A DNA stretch of 53,241 nucleotides, filler included, from Catajapyx aquilonaris (lineage: Eukaryota): NCBI GenBank assembly GCA_000934665.2. It is 3 parts of 3 records of this genome, joined end to end, with 100 filler letters (N's around TTAATTAATTAA, not from the genome) between each part and the next. Parts side by side here need not be neighbours in the genome. Positions count along the whole stretch, not along the records: positions 35,591 to 53,241 come from JYFJ02006896.1; 2 more parts are not named here. One strand, written 5' to 3'. The notes below the pieces were generated by a model. The model ran no database searches, had not been told where the DNA came from, and saw only the letters and a list, made by a program, of their open reading frames with translations. The first letter of the stretch is position 1. Every line of letters starts with the position of its first letter. The translations under genes and the position numbers were made by a program. This document shows, piece by piece, positions 37,874 to 50,063 of this stretch.

Positions 37874-38627
37874 ATTCAGTCCTCACAACATATATGACGG
37901 CAGTTTGTTTGCAGCATGCATTCCTCTCAATACTGAACAATCTTAAATTGCATTTTGAAAATTTTCTTCCACGAAACAGTTGACAACATGATGCCATTTA
38001 AAAATAATCTGATCTAATATTTGTTACGAAGAGAACGTGGTAAGATACATCAAAAAAAAAATCAATGCCCCATTTCGCAAAGAAAGCCGCGTTGATACTG
38101 TTATGCAAACTGTGTTTATTTACTATAGTGATGGAGTAGTCATTTACATCCATTACTTGTTACGAAGAATTTTCCATGTTTTTCCCCTGATACTATTTTT
38201 GTCGAGTGATTCCTTTTTTCCAAGATAATGGCGAGGTTGTCGTGCAACAACGCTTATCTTATCTTATTGATTTTGATAAGAACCGGTTACGATACTATTG
38301 TAAGAATCAGCTTTTTAAGGATCTTTCTTTCAACGCAACATTTGCACGCCATGAAATCAGAATGACAATAATTCTGGTGGAGGAAATATTTACAATTATT
38401 GAAGGGTCGCCCCGAATAATGTTGTAAGTGATGTAGGCCTAATCCATGTCACTTACATATTTTTTACTCTCTTTACAAAAAAAAAATCTCTTACTATGTG
38501 ACACATGGGCGGAATCAGAAGAGTGCTGAGAAGATTAGGTTGTTGGAAATAGGCTATCACAATATATTCACCTTATCAGTTGCTAACCTGGTTATCGTCC
38601 ATCCCCTAGTGACACACACAATAGCGT

Positions 38628-39131
38628 GTGTCTGCGCAGGAAAGACGTGGCTCAAGTCACTGTGACTGGCAAGCAGCTGGCAAGTAGGATTTGCACAGGC
38701 CAAACATCAGGTGAATATCTATATTATAAAAAATTAGGCTGCATTCCACTCTCTGCATGTCATTTATGGTCACACTTGAATCCAGGATGGTCCATCAATC
38801 AAAGTTTGTCGGTGCCAAAGGTGCCCACATCTCAGATTTAAGTTTCCAAATAAATTGCATTTTTAAGGAAAATATAAAGAGTGACTGTGAATTTACAATT
38901 TTATGATAGCATATTGGCATGCATTTCCATCTTCCAGTTCTCATACGATCACAGGGCTCAGAATTAGAAAAAGTACACGAACTTTCAATAAGGGAGAGGG
39001 AGCGAATTCAACCCAACTAAAACTTGCATTTGAATAAGAACAATCTGCTGTCTTGTAGTATGTATATAGCATTATATAACAAATTCAACATAAAATGTTT
39101 AATAAAAACTTGTCATTTTTGGTTCTCACAG
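38628..39131 (+). repeat. ~500-bp dispersed direct repeat, copy 1 (copy 2 at 44267-44881)
   Basis: Shared blocks such as AAGTAGGATTTGCAC, TCAAAGTTTGTCGGTGCCAAAGGTGCCCACATCT, CAGTTCTCATACGATCACAGGGCTCAGAAT and TTTTTGGTTCTCACAG. Confidence 0.9.
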
Positions 39132-39299
39132 GAAAGTGCAAGGAGATGCTGCAGAAGGTACCGGAACAATGCAATGGTGCCAAGGAGAACTCCAGCTTCT
39201 GCTTTTCTGCTTGGCTGGAATTTTAATTTTGTGTATATCACGTTTTATATTAGCAGCGCAAGACATTAGTACAATAGTAAAAGTATTTTATATTTTCAG

Positions 39300-39429
39300 G
39301 TTCGATTACTTGAGCTCAAGCGCTGCTCGGCTTGACACAGATTGACTAAACAGTCTGCAGTATGAGCGTTTGAACATTATCACGAAGAAGCTCTACACCT
39401 GGTTATTGATAAAACTATCTGAGCAGTAA
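39300..39429 (+). pseudogene. Orphan last exon of a GT7 beta-1,4-galactosyl/GalNAc-transferase (bre-4-like) with an in-frame stop
   Basis: After a TTTTCAG acceptor it reads RFDYLSSSAARLDTD*LNSLQYERLNIITKKLYTWLLIKL, matching the GT7 C-terminal DGLNSL.Y...LYT motif; TGA at 39343-39345 replaces Gly. Confidence 0.7.
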
Positions 39430-40395
39430 GAATAAACGTGGCGTAATAATTATGGACGATATCCTTCAGGGTGGTAAACTGTATAAGACAGTCCCTATTG
39501 AATGTACAGTATTTAACTGAAGGACACAAGAATATTATTCTTGCACATATGCAGCCTACGCCGGTCCTGTTCTAAAGACAAAAGAGTCTGATACCTTTGG
39601 ACCCTCTGAGATAACAGTCATATCCTGCAAGATAACACGAAATATGGATTCTGTATTTTCTCAGTATAGAGGCCGTCGTGTTTTCAGTAATCTCTCAGAA
39701 GGCTAACACGCAGGCCTCATTATAACAAGGAAACAAGGAAAAACGTCATATCTCTCATGTGAATTTCTTCTTATTTTTTGTATTTTGCCATATAACTTTG
39801 TTCTCGCCAACTGATTACATCGTAACTAACTTGCAGTTATTACGCGAGTCTTGAAATATCTATTGCGATAATAGGATAGTCAATTGCATCATTTTATTCC
39901 AATTTATGTGTCCATATACAATATTATTAGGATATTTTCAACATACAGTATTATTTTGTCCCCATCAGGTGCAGAATCCTATGATTATTATGGACAAGTT
40001 TGGAAATGCTCTAAGCAGTGGTGTAGCGTGGGTTGCCAGCGCCCGGGGCGAGGAAAGTATTGCCTCCCCCCCCCCAGCACACGTATGCACCTATTGCATC
40101 TTAAGAAAATGCTGATGCAGGCTAATCAAAGAAAAATGCATTTAATGCTAGTGTAAAGGAATGAATTCTCGGAAGGGAGAAAATGATCTTCCTAGTTTTT
40201 GCAACGTTTTATTTATGCGGCAAATATGGTGCTTCAAGTGTACCAAATGCATGGGGACATTGATGAATTGCACAGATTTAGTGCAACAAATGATATTTCA
40301 AGCACAGAATCCAATGTTATTATATGTTATTCATGTGCATCTACCAGCCACTGCTCTATAAGTACCGGTAGTGTGCTTAAAGTAAGATTTCTGCT

Positions 40396-40874
40396 AAGGC
40401 GACGTCATTCATCATCATCTCTTTGGCAATCATACGAAACAGTATGCTCACCTAACAGTGCATGTAATGTGTACCACGTAAAGCATGAGTCTACAGTCTT
40501 CTTGGTCAGGTTGGCATAAGAATCAATGAGAAGGAAAAAGTCTTCTCTCGTGAATTGTTTTTTTTCTTCTATGGTTCACAATATTGCTTTCTTCCTCGGA
40601 ACTCAGCAAAAATGCACCGTGCCTGTAATGTAAGTTATACCACGTAAAGTATGAAAGGCGACGTCATTCATCATCATCTCTTTGGCAATCATACGAAACT
40701 GTATGCTCACCTAAAAGGCACCGTGCCTGTAATGTATACCACGGTAAAGCATGAATGTACAGTCTTCTTGGTCAGGTTGGCATAAGAATCAATGAGAAGG
40801 AAAAAGTCTTCTCTCGTGAATGGTTTCTTTCTATGGTTCACACTATTGCTTTCTTCCTCGGAACTCAGCAAAAA
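40396..40874 (+). repeat. Tandem duplication of a ~220-260-bp unit
   Basis: AAGGCGACGTCATTCATCATCATCTCTTTGGC...GGAACTCAGCAAAA occurs at ~40396-40611 and ~40655-40874. Confidence 0.9.
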
Positions 40875-43800
40875 ACTCATCATCTTGCAAAGTTATTGAG
40901 CCGAAAATGGATGCAAATGATGCCACGTTTAATAACGTACCCACGTCATCTTTTCTTCCAAAATTGTAGCGATTGTTATACTCAACAACTTACTAGTGCA
41001 ATATCTTGTAAAATACGCCTGTAAAATGAGCGTGAAATAAGTAGTTCTCACTTGGACTATTGCATGAAATATCAGGTGATGACCATCTATAATACAGAAT
41101 AAGTTAGTAATTAAATTCAGAGGGAAAATATAAACCTTAATGACCAAGAATTTATTACGCAACAGTTCATTGACTAAAGAAGGCTTTTTTTTGCGTGAGG
41201 AGCAACAATGCTCTTGATAGTCTTTGGATTTGGTTTTTTGGCGGGGTGGTGTTAGAGTTTTATTTTCTTGTTTAGTCATTCCCTCTGAGTTATTTTGTGC
41301 TTGTGGCACGGATATTAGAACAGTGCTCTTTTAGCCCTGTGTATGGTGCCGTAGAGCCGCAAGTATAGCAGTCTATGCAAGTTTAGGGATCTGCCCTCTG
41401 AGTTTTTGGTTTGGCGGCTATTGTTAATTTGAGTTTTTGAGTTGAGAGTCGTTTTGCGCTAGAGTTGCGCGCATGTTAGAGTATGTCCCCGTTGAGTCGC
41501 TTTGGTGCTGGATGCGCATGTTTTTGGCAACATGTTTTTGCGTTCCTGATACTCAACAGTTTCCGTTGAGTCTGATGCTTTTACCGCATATACGTTTGGG
41601 AATTTACCTCGATTCGCTGAGTTTTGCGGTTTTGGATGCGGCTGTTATTAGCCTAGCCTACGTTTTGAGTTTGATTCGAGTACTCGGAGTTTCCTTTTGC
41701 CAATTTACGTTTTTAAGAGTCAGTTGTTTGGCCCCTGAGTTGCCTGGCGTGTTAATTTTGTACGAGAAGCCGCTTGCCCCTGCGCAGCCCCAGCAGTAGG
41801 ATCCAGTCCGAATGCATCCGAGTTTTTGAGTTGATGGCTAAATGAGAGTTGGCTGCTAATTTGGGTGAATTTTGCATTCTTGAAGAGTGGGTCATAATCA
41901 GTGAGGACCCCATGCTGAGTGTAATGATTCTGTGGTTTATTTTGAGGGAATGTAATTTCGATATGAAGATGGCAATAATTTGTTGACGGAATATTGACTT
42001 ATGAGGCAAAGATGCGTTACTGATCGTGAGTTTTGTGGTTAATTATGGAAAGTGGAGTGGGAGTTAAGTGCGTCAGTATAGTTAATTGCGTTGGTACTGC
42101 TGTCCAAGATGGACAATTGGGGATTTAATCTCTCCTTGAACCTCTGTTGGTCACTCCTTTCCCTGTCACAACCTTTTTGCCTATTGGTGCGAGAAGTGCT
42201 CGTGTCAGTATCATGAGTACACGTGAACTAATACTGATCTGGCCGTGCAAGATTACGACGTGGTGAGACCTATACCGACGTGGAAGATGATGGCCATAAT
42301 TATACCAACATCTAGCTGTCTCTGTGGAACCGCCTGCACGAGAGGTCAACTGTTGCAGCCGACGAAGAGAGATTGCTTCTCTCAAGTCTGCACGTCCTGC
42401 CTTGATCGTCAAGCAAGAAGCCCTGACATTGATGTCTCCTGCATCACTGTGACGTGCTGCTAGTGACAGTACATTGTGAAAAAGCCGGTGTTGGTCCAGT
42501 GTGGTCAGCCCTAACCCGACGTGGTGACAAGATCAATGTGGAAGAAACTATTCGTCATGTACTTTTCGCATAATTCAATCGCCTCTCCTGTTTCGTTCTA
42601 CCCATGCCAGATCCAGACACCCTGTATTATTGAAGTCGGTTACTGACTTGCGCGAGTTACTCCTGTTATGGCTTGTGAACCTGAAAGAGGCAACTCCTCA
42701 CTTATTATTTTTTATATTTGCTGTGCCCTGCTGTATGCGTAATTTTGCAAATTTTCTGACGCCCGTCACTCTACGTGTTTTGTAGAAATTGATGTAAATT
42801 GTTAATTTAGTAGCTGCCAGTTTGCCATTTTCCAGGGGAGTCGCGTGTTGCTGATGGCTTTTGCGCCAATGCTTTTTCGTGTATTTTTGCCTCACGCACG
42901 TGTCAATATATTCGTGCCTTAGTGTGAATATTTTCACGATATTGTGTCAAACGTGTTGTGCCATTTTTGTGCTGGGATATTGCAGTTTCTGTGCCTCCTA
43001 TTTTGAAGTAAACTAGAGGAGAGGTTTCCTAGTTGTGTGGGAGGCTGTTGACTTCTTGGAGGATGAGTGAAAAACAGGGCTGGACTTTGAGCCCCAACTG
43101 ATGTCACCGCTGTGAATGCGTAGTGTGTGTGTCTCAAATGACAGTGTTATTGTTTACCAGCTGATCGAGGAACCTCAGAGCTGTTTGAAAAGTGTGCTGG
43201 CTAATACTTTGAATTCATGCTTTGAGAATTAAGAGTGAATAAGTGAATTCACTCAGACATTTGTATGGCGATTATTATTTCTGAGGTGCATAATAACTGT
43301 TATTTTGAATTTTATTGGTTAAGATGGTGTTCAGATGGCACAAGTTGTTGTTTATAAAATGAGTCCAGCTTTACAGGAACTAATTTTATTTTTTAAGGGG
43401 GAAGAGTCTGTCATTACTTGGGTCATGCCCTGATTAATCGTTTGCTCCTCATAATCCGGATTAGCCCTCGTTTGCTGCCTTGTTTCCGTATGTAACGTGG
43501 GAGTTTGTTTCTGTTTAATTTCGGTTCTTCAGTGGTGATTCTACTTGTGCAAGTTTGGGACTGTGATGTAAAAAAATATGCCCTCCCTTCTGCTAAATTG
43601 TGAACCTTGTTGCGCGTGTGGCACGATTCCACTTGGTCCAGATGGCCTGCTGTCTATCACCGATGCTCGGGCGTCCAGTCAACCCTTTGAAGGAGGAGGA
43701 CCGGACAACAGGACAGATTCGGGACATTTGGGCCGAACCATAAGTGTGAGCTTGTGGCCAGCAGAAGCAATTTGCCGAGATCCCCGGTGCCCCCTGATGG

Positions 43801-44266
43801 AAGCTTGCCATCGTCAAAGAAGAGTGAGTGGGCGCAGAGCAGGGAAATGTACAGTATAACACCCACACACACACCCACTCACAGCAGAATTTGTGCTGAG
43901 CTATGTAGCCTAATGTCTTGGGATTTTAATAATGATCTCTTTTGTTACCTAAATGGTCCGAATTAGTCATTCCAAGCATTTCCTACGTTCCACAACAACT
44001 TTCAGTTTTCCGGAATAACCCGGATAATCAGGATAATCCGGATAGCCACCCGGATAACCCGTAGGGGACCTGACAAACGGAATAAACTTTCGATAGTAAG
44101 TAATTATTATTAATTTATTATGTTTGGGACAACCCCATATACAGGGGGAAGCACCCCTTAATATATTGTCAGTGTACCTGGGACTAATATTTCAAACAGG
44201 TTTCAGAACTTATGTCAAATTGGCCTCTAATATTTTGGTCAAACTGTGCTTGTAAGTATGTTGAAT

Positions 44267-44881
44267 ATGTCTACGCAGGGAAGACTCAAGCCACTGGAAA
44301 GTAGGATTTGCACTGGCCAAACACCAGGTAAATATCTCTATTATTGAAAAATTAGGCTACATTCCACTTTCTGCATGTAATTTAGTGGTACACTTGAATC
44401 CATTATGGGTCCATCACTCAAAGTTTGTCGGTGCCAAAGGTGCCCACATCTGCTCAGATTTTAAGTTTTCAAATAAATTGATTTTTTTTAAGGAAAATAT
44501 AATATTCTTATAGCCTATTGGCAGTCTTTTCCATCTTCCTCACAGTTCTCATACGATCACAGGGCTCAGAATGAGGAAAAGTACATGAACTTGGTGATCT
44601 TGTATATATGGGTTGTATCCTTTGACACACTTTGACACGTTCTGCTTGTTGATTCGAGCACAATACATTATCACATTTCTCCTTCTCTCATGTTACTCAC
44701 TCACAATAATATGAAACTTGCAAACTTGCAAACTTGTGGTACGGGCAGCAAATTTTCCCCAAGGAGCCCACCAACCAAAACTGGCATTTGAATTAGAACA
44801 ATCTACTGCCATGAAGTATAACATTATGACGAATGTAACATAAAATGTTTAAGAATAATTTGTCATTTTTGGTTCTCACAG
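44267..44881 (+). repeat. Dispersed direct repeat, copy 2 (with internal insertion)
   Basis: Same blocks as 38628-39131. Confidence 0.9.
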
Positions 44882-45235
44882 TAGCATTCAAGCTATTCAC
44901 TGGAGCACAATAATAGGCCTTGTATAGTAGTTAGTAATTTATTTTCACAGTGAGCTAGTACAGCTTATACAGATGGACCTCCCACCAATGCAATAATGCT
45001 AATATTGACACAACACCAACCAAATAGCAGGTGGTGGCCATCTACATTCTACAGTAAAAGTATACCGTAAACTGAGGAAAAAAAATAATTATTTGAGTTA
45101 AATATCACGCCACAGCTGCCATAGCTGAATGTAATGAATATTGTCCCCTTTAAATAGGCTGATCAATGCTGTAGAAGAAGTGTAGAGGAGAAGGTGAGTA
45201 GATACCAAAAATTATGATGGTCTATTATTTTCCCT

Positions 45236-46999
45236 TCATGATGAGCATCCGCTGAACAACACGCAGCACAGTATCACAATGTGACTAGTAACTAGATGCA
45301 TGACACTATCAGAACACACCTTGATAAATTCTTTGTGTATGGCATCTTCTGTCTGAGCCCATAGTTTCATCAGTGAGTCGGGTTCAAAATCGTTCACCAC
45401 GATGAAATCATTGGGGTTACAAGTTGAGAACATGTTAAAACCTGGGTGATTATTTATTTCGAGGCCCAGGTTTTGTGAGGCAACGATCCCAACAATGAAC
45501 ACGTCATCAATGTGAATGAAAGGCGCTTCCAGACTTTTCCTGTACAATAATGGGATTAATTCCCCCGTAAATATGAAAGCGGCTCCTGTGAAGTAGGGCG
45601 GGTACATTTCACCTGGGTACATGGCTTCAGGCATGAACCACTTGTCATCTTTTTCCCTAATTACTGTTGCCTCAAAAAGGGCATATCCCGTCATAAGGTA
45701 CGTCATGTTTGCATACTGGCAACTTGAGTCAGGTAACTGGTGCAGATCGTTCTGAGGAGAAAAATATAAACAGGTGAAGATGTGTCCCAAAAATCAAGCA
45801 ACGATTATGTGGCCAATATACTCGCCTCCTTTAGCTTCAATAAATAATTGAGAAGATTCAGTGGGTGTACGAAATTGTCGTCGTCTCCTTTGAAGACGTA
45901 CTTCGCTTGGGGACACCTCCATAAAATCCACTGGAGGCCATACACTTGCTTAAGTGTCATATTGAAGTAAGAATCACAAAATTCCATTTGCACAATATCA
46001 TTGTGAGCTTTCGCTTCTTCTATTATATCAGCCTATATAGTAGAGGAAATTGTATCCATGAGTACATTACAGAATTATTGAAATCATTGCTGCAGAGACA
46101 GATACCTGATAACTCAGGTTGTTTGGAACGCCCAGAGAGAATACGAGACGAATATCTGGCCTTATTGTGAGCAGCTCTCTTCCCCAAGTATTGCGAATGA
46201 CATTTCTTTTCTCCGTATTGCCAGGAGCCGAGTGAATCAAAATTAATAAGAAAATGGAATCACTTTTTTCGCAAAAATGATCTGGCTCGACAATAACAGC
46301 GTCTTCTTCCTGACGGATGTAATGTCTCATGTCCCTGTGAATTAAATTGTACATTATATAATTTTTTTATGGTTGCGAAGTCGGGTTTTATATAATACAC
46401 CACATGGATCTGGTTTGACATTAGGCTACTGTTTTTACCTAGTCTTCAGATTGGCATATTCTGTGGGCATGTCTTGAGGGACTTTGCATATTGGAAGTTC
46501 CGTGATATGCTGGGAAATATTTAGTCCAATATGTAATTGCCCTTGTCTTGTTCTGACACCTGCCTTGATACCTAGAATGAAGAAAAATATATCTCTTAAA
46601 ATATTGTCCATAACAGCAGTCCTTTTTTCCTGGTGCTAAAATGATGGGTCTATGTCACAAACATTATCAGAAAATATTTTTGGTTATCCATTAAAATGTC
46701 CATAATAAATGAACTGCTTAAAAATAATTAGGACAGTGCCAAAAAAAATTCTGGCCAATACGGACATTTCGTTGAAAAAGTACCTTATGCATGGAAAATG
46801 ATGGATAAAGAGCCATCTTAGAGATAAAGCAGCAATTGCACAATTTCAAATCATAAGTCAATGCATAGTGTTCATGCCAGTTGCCTAGATTGTAACAAGC
46901 CACGTTATATTTCTTAAAAAATAAGTTTTAAGAAACCGTACCTGTTAAGAGCGACCCCAAAAGCATAAACCAGTGCAGGGACCACTTCTTAGGACACAT
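45236..46999 (-). CDS. GT31 beta-1,3-galactosyltransferase-family protein, 5 exons, 380 aa
   Basis: Exons 46999-46942, 46571-46439, 46334-46106, 46032-45826 and 45751-45236 are in phase. Motifs LLILIHSAPGN..KRNVIRNTWG, E...HNDIVQ.EF.DSYFN.TLK, KGDDDNFV (DxD), KWF.P...YP...YPPY..G, IDDVFI.G. Confidence 0.9.
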
Positions 47000-47236
47000 T
47001 GAAATATGAACCTTTGAGAACCTTGCTCAAAAGTAATCATGGCGAAAGGAAATGTCTGATCACTGCCATCTCTCTTGGCAGTCTGGCGCGTGAAGATCCG
47101 GAGTTGCGTCACATACACGTCACATTTATCTTGCAACAGGTGGAAGGACTCTCTTAAAATAATCAGACCCTGGGCTATATAGCGAAAGTGTGCTTACCCA
47201 GCTCCAGCGAAAGTGAAAATATTACAACAACAGCAA

Positions 47237-47237
<1 letters not shown>

Positions 47238-47306
<69 letters not shown>

Positions 47307-47340
47307 CGTAGTCGTCGTCGTCGTAGTAATAGTAGTAGTG
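47238..47340. repeat. (AGT)n microsatellite with a GTC-variant tail
   Basis: More than 20 AGT units. Confidence 0.95.
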
Positions 47341-47702
47341 TAGTGCATGTAGAGTTTATACTATGTATAATATCTCTTTGAGAAATCATACGGACAAATG
47401 CCAGGCTAATATTCAGAATAATATATTGTTGACAATAACAATGTAACTTACCTAGGTAACTTCGCGTGCCTTCATCCCGTTTATCAGGTCATGTATACAA
47501 CTTGCCCAATGCCAACTTGCCCAATTTTAGATTCAGGATGAGGTTATGTTGCTAGAAAAGCGTTGCGAAGCGAAGCTTTATCATTTTGCTTCAAAACCCT
47601 TCTTATCGAAATCATTGATAAGGAATAGTGGCCGGTGTTGCAAGACCACCTGTGTTATGACGAAGCGTGTATCTTCAGACAACAAAAATGGTGTTCAAAC
47701 AG

Positions 47703-47865
47703 CCTCGAGGCAAGGGGATAATCAATTCGGTACTCCGGTGTACACCTGCAGTGGTACTCTTCGGTACTCTTCGGTACGGTACTCCTCGGTACTCCTTGGT
47801 ACTCCTTGAATTTGGTACTCCGGTGTACACTTTTTAGTCGAGTGGTTACCCCCTTGCCTCGAGGT
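47703..47865. mobile_element. Small inverted-repeat element with internal GGTACT repeats
   Basis: CCTCGAGGCAAGGGG ... CCCCTTGCCTCGAGG; several (C)GGTACTC units inside. Confidence 0.6.
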
Positions 47866-48596
47866 TTTCCGAAGACTGATAGGTGCAGTGTGAGGGCAAG
47901 ATTCCAATCCTCTCACGAAGACCTTGCTACTCTGTAATAAATTATGATCGTTAGATGAATGAAGATAATATTATTTTATGGACATTTTGGCTTAGAGTTC
48001 CTATAACCCCTAACGATATACTTTCGTAGTACAGGGTCAACCGGGGTCAACCTTAGGATTTTTCAAAGAGAAAATACGACCACAGAGGATGAGCTAGTTA
48101 GCTACGGTACTGTATATATACTAGGCCTAACAAATGTCGTTGTATTTTAGTTAATATAATTATCATTACCACTGAATATTATTTCCTGCTGTATTAGCAA
48201 ACAGTTGGGTTGTAGATTCCGGTGAAATATTTTTTACTGGCAAAACTGGGGCCCACTCTGGTAGGTTCAGATTTTTTGTGAAATTGAGTTACCGGAAATG
48301 GACGCACAACATCCTCATCTATCGAGTATGTGCAGAAACCACGCAAGAATATGAAAACGACCCAGTGAGTTGATAAATCCCTTTAATCCACTACACGTAC
48401 GGGGTTTCTGCATTCATTCTCTTGACTGGACCCGTGGCGAGAAGGGGTCAGATGGAACTGAATGGTAGGACTCGGAACAAAGGGTGTCATTCTGATGGAA
48501 AATAATGAAGCCAAAGTTGATAAAACAAGTAGAGCATTTTCATTGATCCCTTCGAGGGCGATGAGATCAGAAACCCCATAAGTCCAGGGGACTTAA

Positions 48597-50063
48597 AGGG
48601 ACACTCCACTCAAAATACAAGTTGGCCAAAAAAATCCTGATTCCGAGAATGCGATCCGTTTATCTCTGAAGCGAACGGTAATGACAGGGGGAGATACCAA
48701 AGTCGGAATAAATTCGACTTCTGATCGAGCGTGGAGCCGCCCACCTAACCCGCGGCCACCGGGGGAAGTTGGGTACTCGCCACCTGGCGGCTGCCTGAGG
48801 AAGTTGCATACCCGAAACCAGAAGCGCGAGTTTGAAATGCAGTTCGGGGTCGGATATTTCTGGCTGCTGCCAATGCAGCATATATGTTGTCACCGAGGTG
48901 TTACTTTCCGGACCTCGCCTTTGCTTGGTACCTAATTGTTTACTACTACTGTTGCTCCCGCATCAGATCCCCATGACTAAACTCCCGGAGGGAACGATGA
49001 CTGGAAGGTGACACATGTTTATGTTTAGCACTTCGGCAGGGGGGTTTATCATTTCTGGCCTTCCAGTCCGGCATATCGAGGCGGGCTTGGAAGCAAGCAT
49101 ATTGCAAAATGCCCATGTTTATATAATATGTACCTCCACTGGTCAATTATGTGCAGCAAACACACATTTCATCCGTCTCCATTGTGGCGCAATTGCCACA
49201 ACGGCACCACATATATACTTCCTGTTGCCCCCGGGATGTCGGTTGTGATACTACTGCTGCAGCTGCTTCCTCACCCTCCTCGCCTTCTGAGCTTTGGTCA
49301 TCGTCACTTGCCTCCTCCTCATCGTCCGACGTGATGGCCATGGAACTCAGGACATAGGGCAAAAGGCCCGGCTGGGCAGTGTACAGGTAGGGTGTCACCT
49401 CCTGACCCCTGCGCGGCTCGAATTGATACGGGAGGATCCCATGCGGACTGGGTCGGAGGCAGCCTCGAACTTCGGGGGTGGTATCTCCCTCGGCAGCCTC
49501 CATTCCAGGTCGCGTACTGGTACTCTCCTTTTCCATTACGGAACAGATTCGCTGGACCATTCGCTGGACTGCGCCATCTTGGAATAACCGCGACGCGTTT
49601 GAGAATAGCAGCTAAAATGTGTTGGGGCCAGAGGATTGCTAATGGCACTATTGAGACTAAATTGGTGTATGCGGGAGCAACAGATGTAGTCCACCCTTAA
49701 ACAATTAGGGACCAAGCAAAGGCGAGGTCCGGAAAGTAAGTTTAGTAACACCTCGGTGACAACATATATGCACTGGCAGCAGCCAGTAATATCCGACCCC
49801 GAACTGCATTTCAAACTCGCGCTGCTGGTGACGGGTATCCAAGGTGGACAGAGATTCGGTTAACCAACTTCCTCAGGCAGCCGCCAGGTGGCTGGGGGGA
49901 GGTGTCGCCGGGACTGGAGGGGCAGGGGGTTTGCAGACGACCTACTTTGAGATTTATTTCGCGGATTACCGTTCGCCTCAGAGAAAAACGGATCGCATTC
50001 TCGGAATCATGATTTTTTGCCTGATTTTTAGACACCAACTTGTATTTTGAGTGGAGTGTCCCT
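48597..50063. mobile_element. Kolobok-like non-autonomous DNA transposon, 1467 bp, TTAA TSD, ~340-bp imperfect TIRs
   Basis: TTAA|AGGGACACTCCACTCAAAATACAAGTTGG ... CCAACTTGTATTTTGAGTGGAGTGTCCCT|TTAA. Arms 48597-~48940 and ~49700-50063. AG..CT termini plus a TTAA target are Kolobok hallmarks (piggyBac ends CC..GG). Confidence 0.8.
48946..49560 (-). pseudogene. P2X7 intracellular (ballast, Zn-Cys) domain-like cargo ORF with one in-frame stop
   Basis: ILPYQFEP, an acidic tract, then WCRCGNCATMETDEMCVCCT*L, continuing in the same frame into ORF 48946-49146 (INMGILQYA). Confidence 0.7.

Noticed and set aside
39343..39345. In-frame TGA as selenocysteine or programmed read-through
   Set aside because: The position corresponds to Gly in DGLNSL (GGA to TGA, one change), not Cys; upstream exons are missing and no SECIS was recognised.
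47720..47830. GGTACT repeat array as CRISPR-like
   Set aside because: Units are 6-10 bp with no unique spacers, inside a small inverted-repeat element in a eukaryotic genome; no cas genes.
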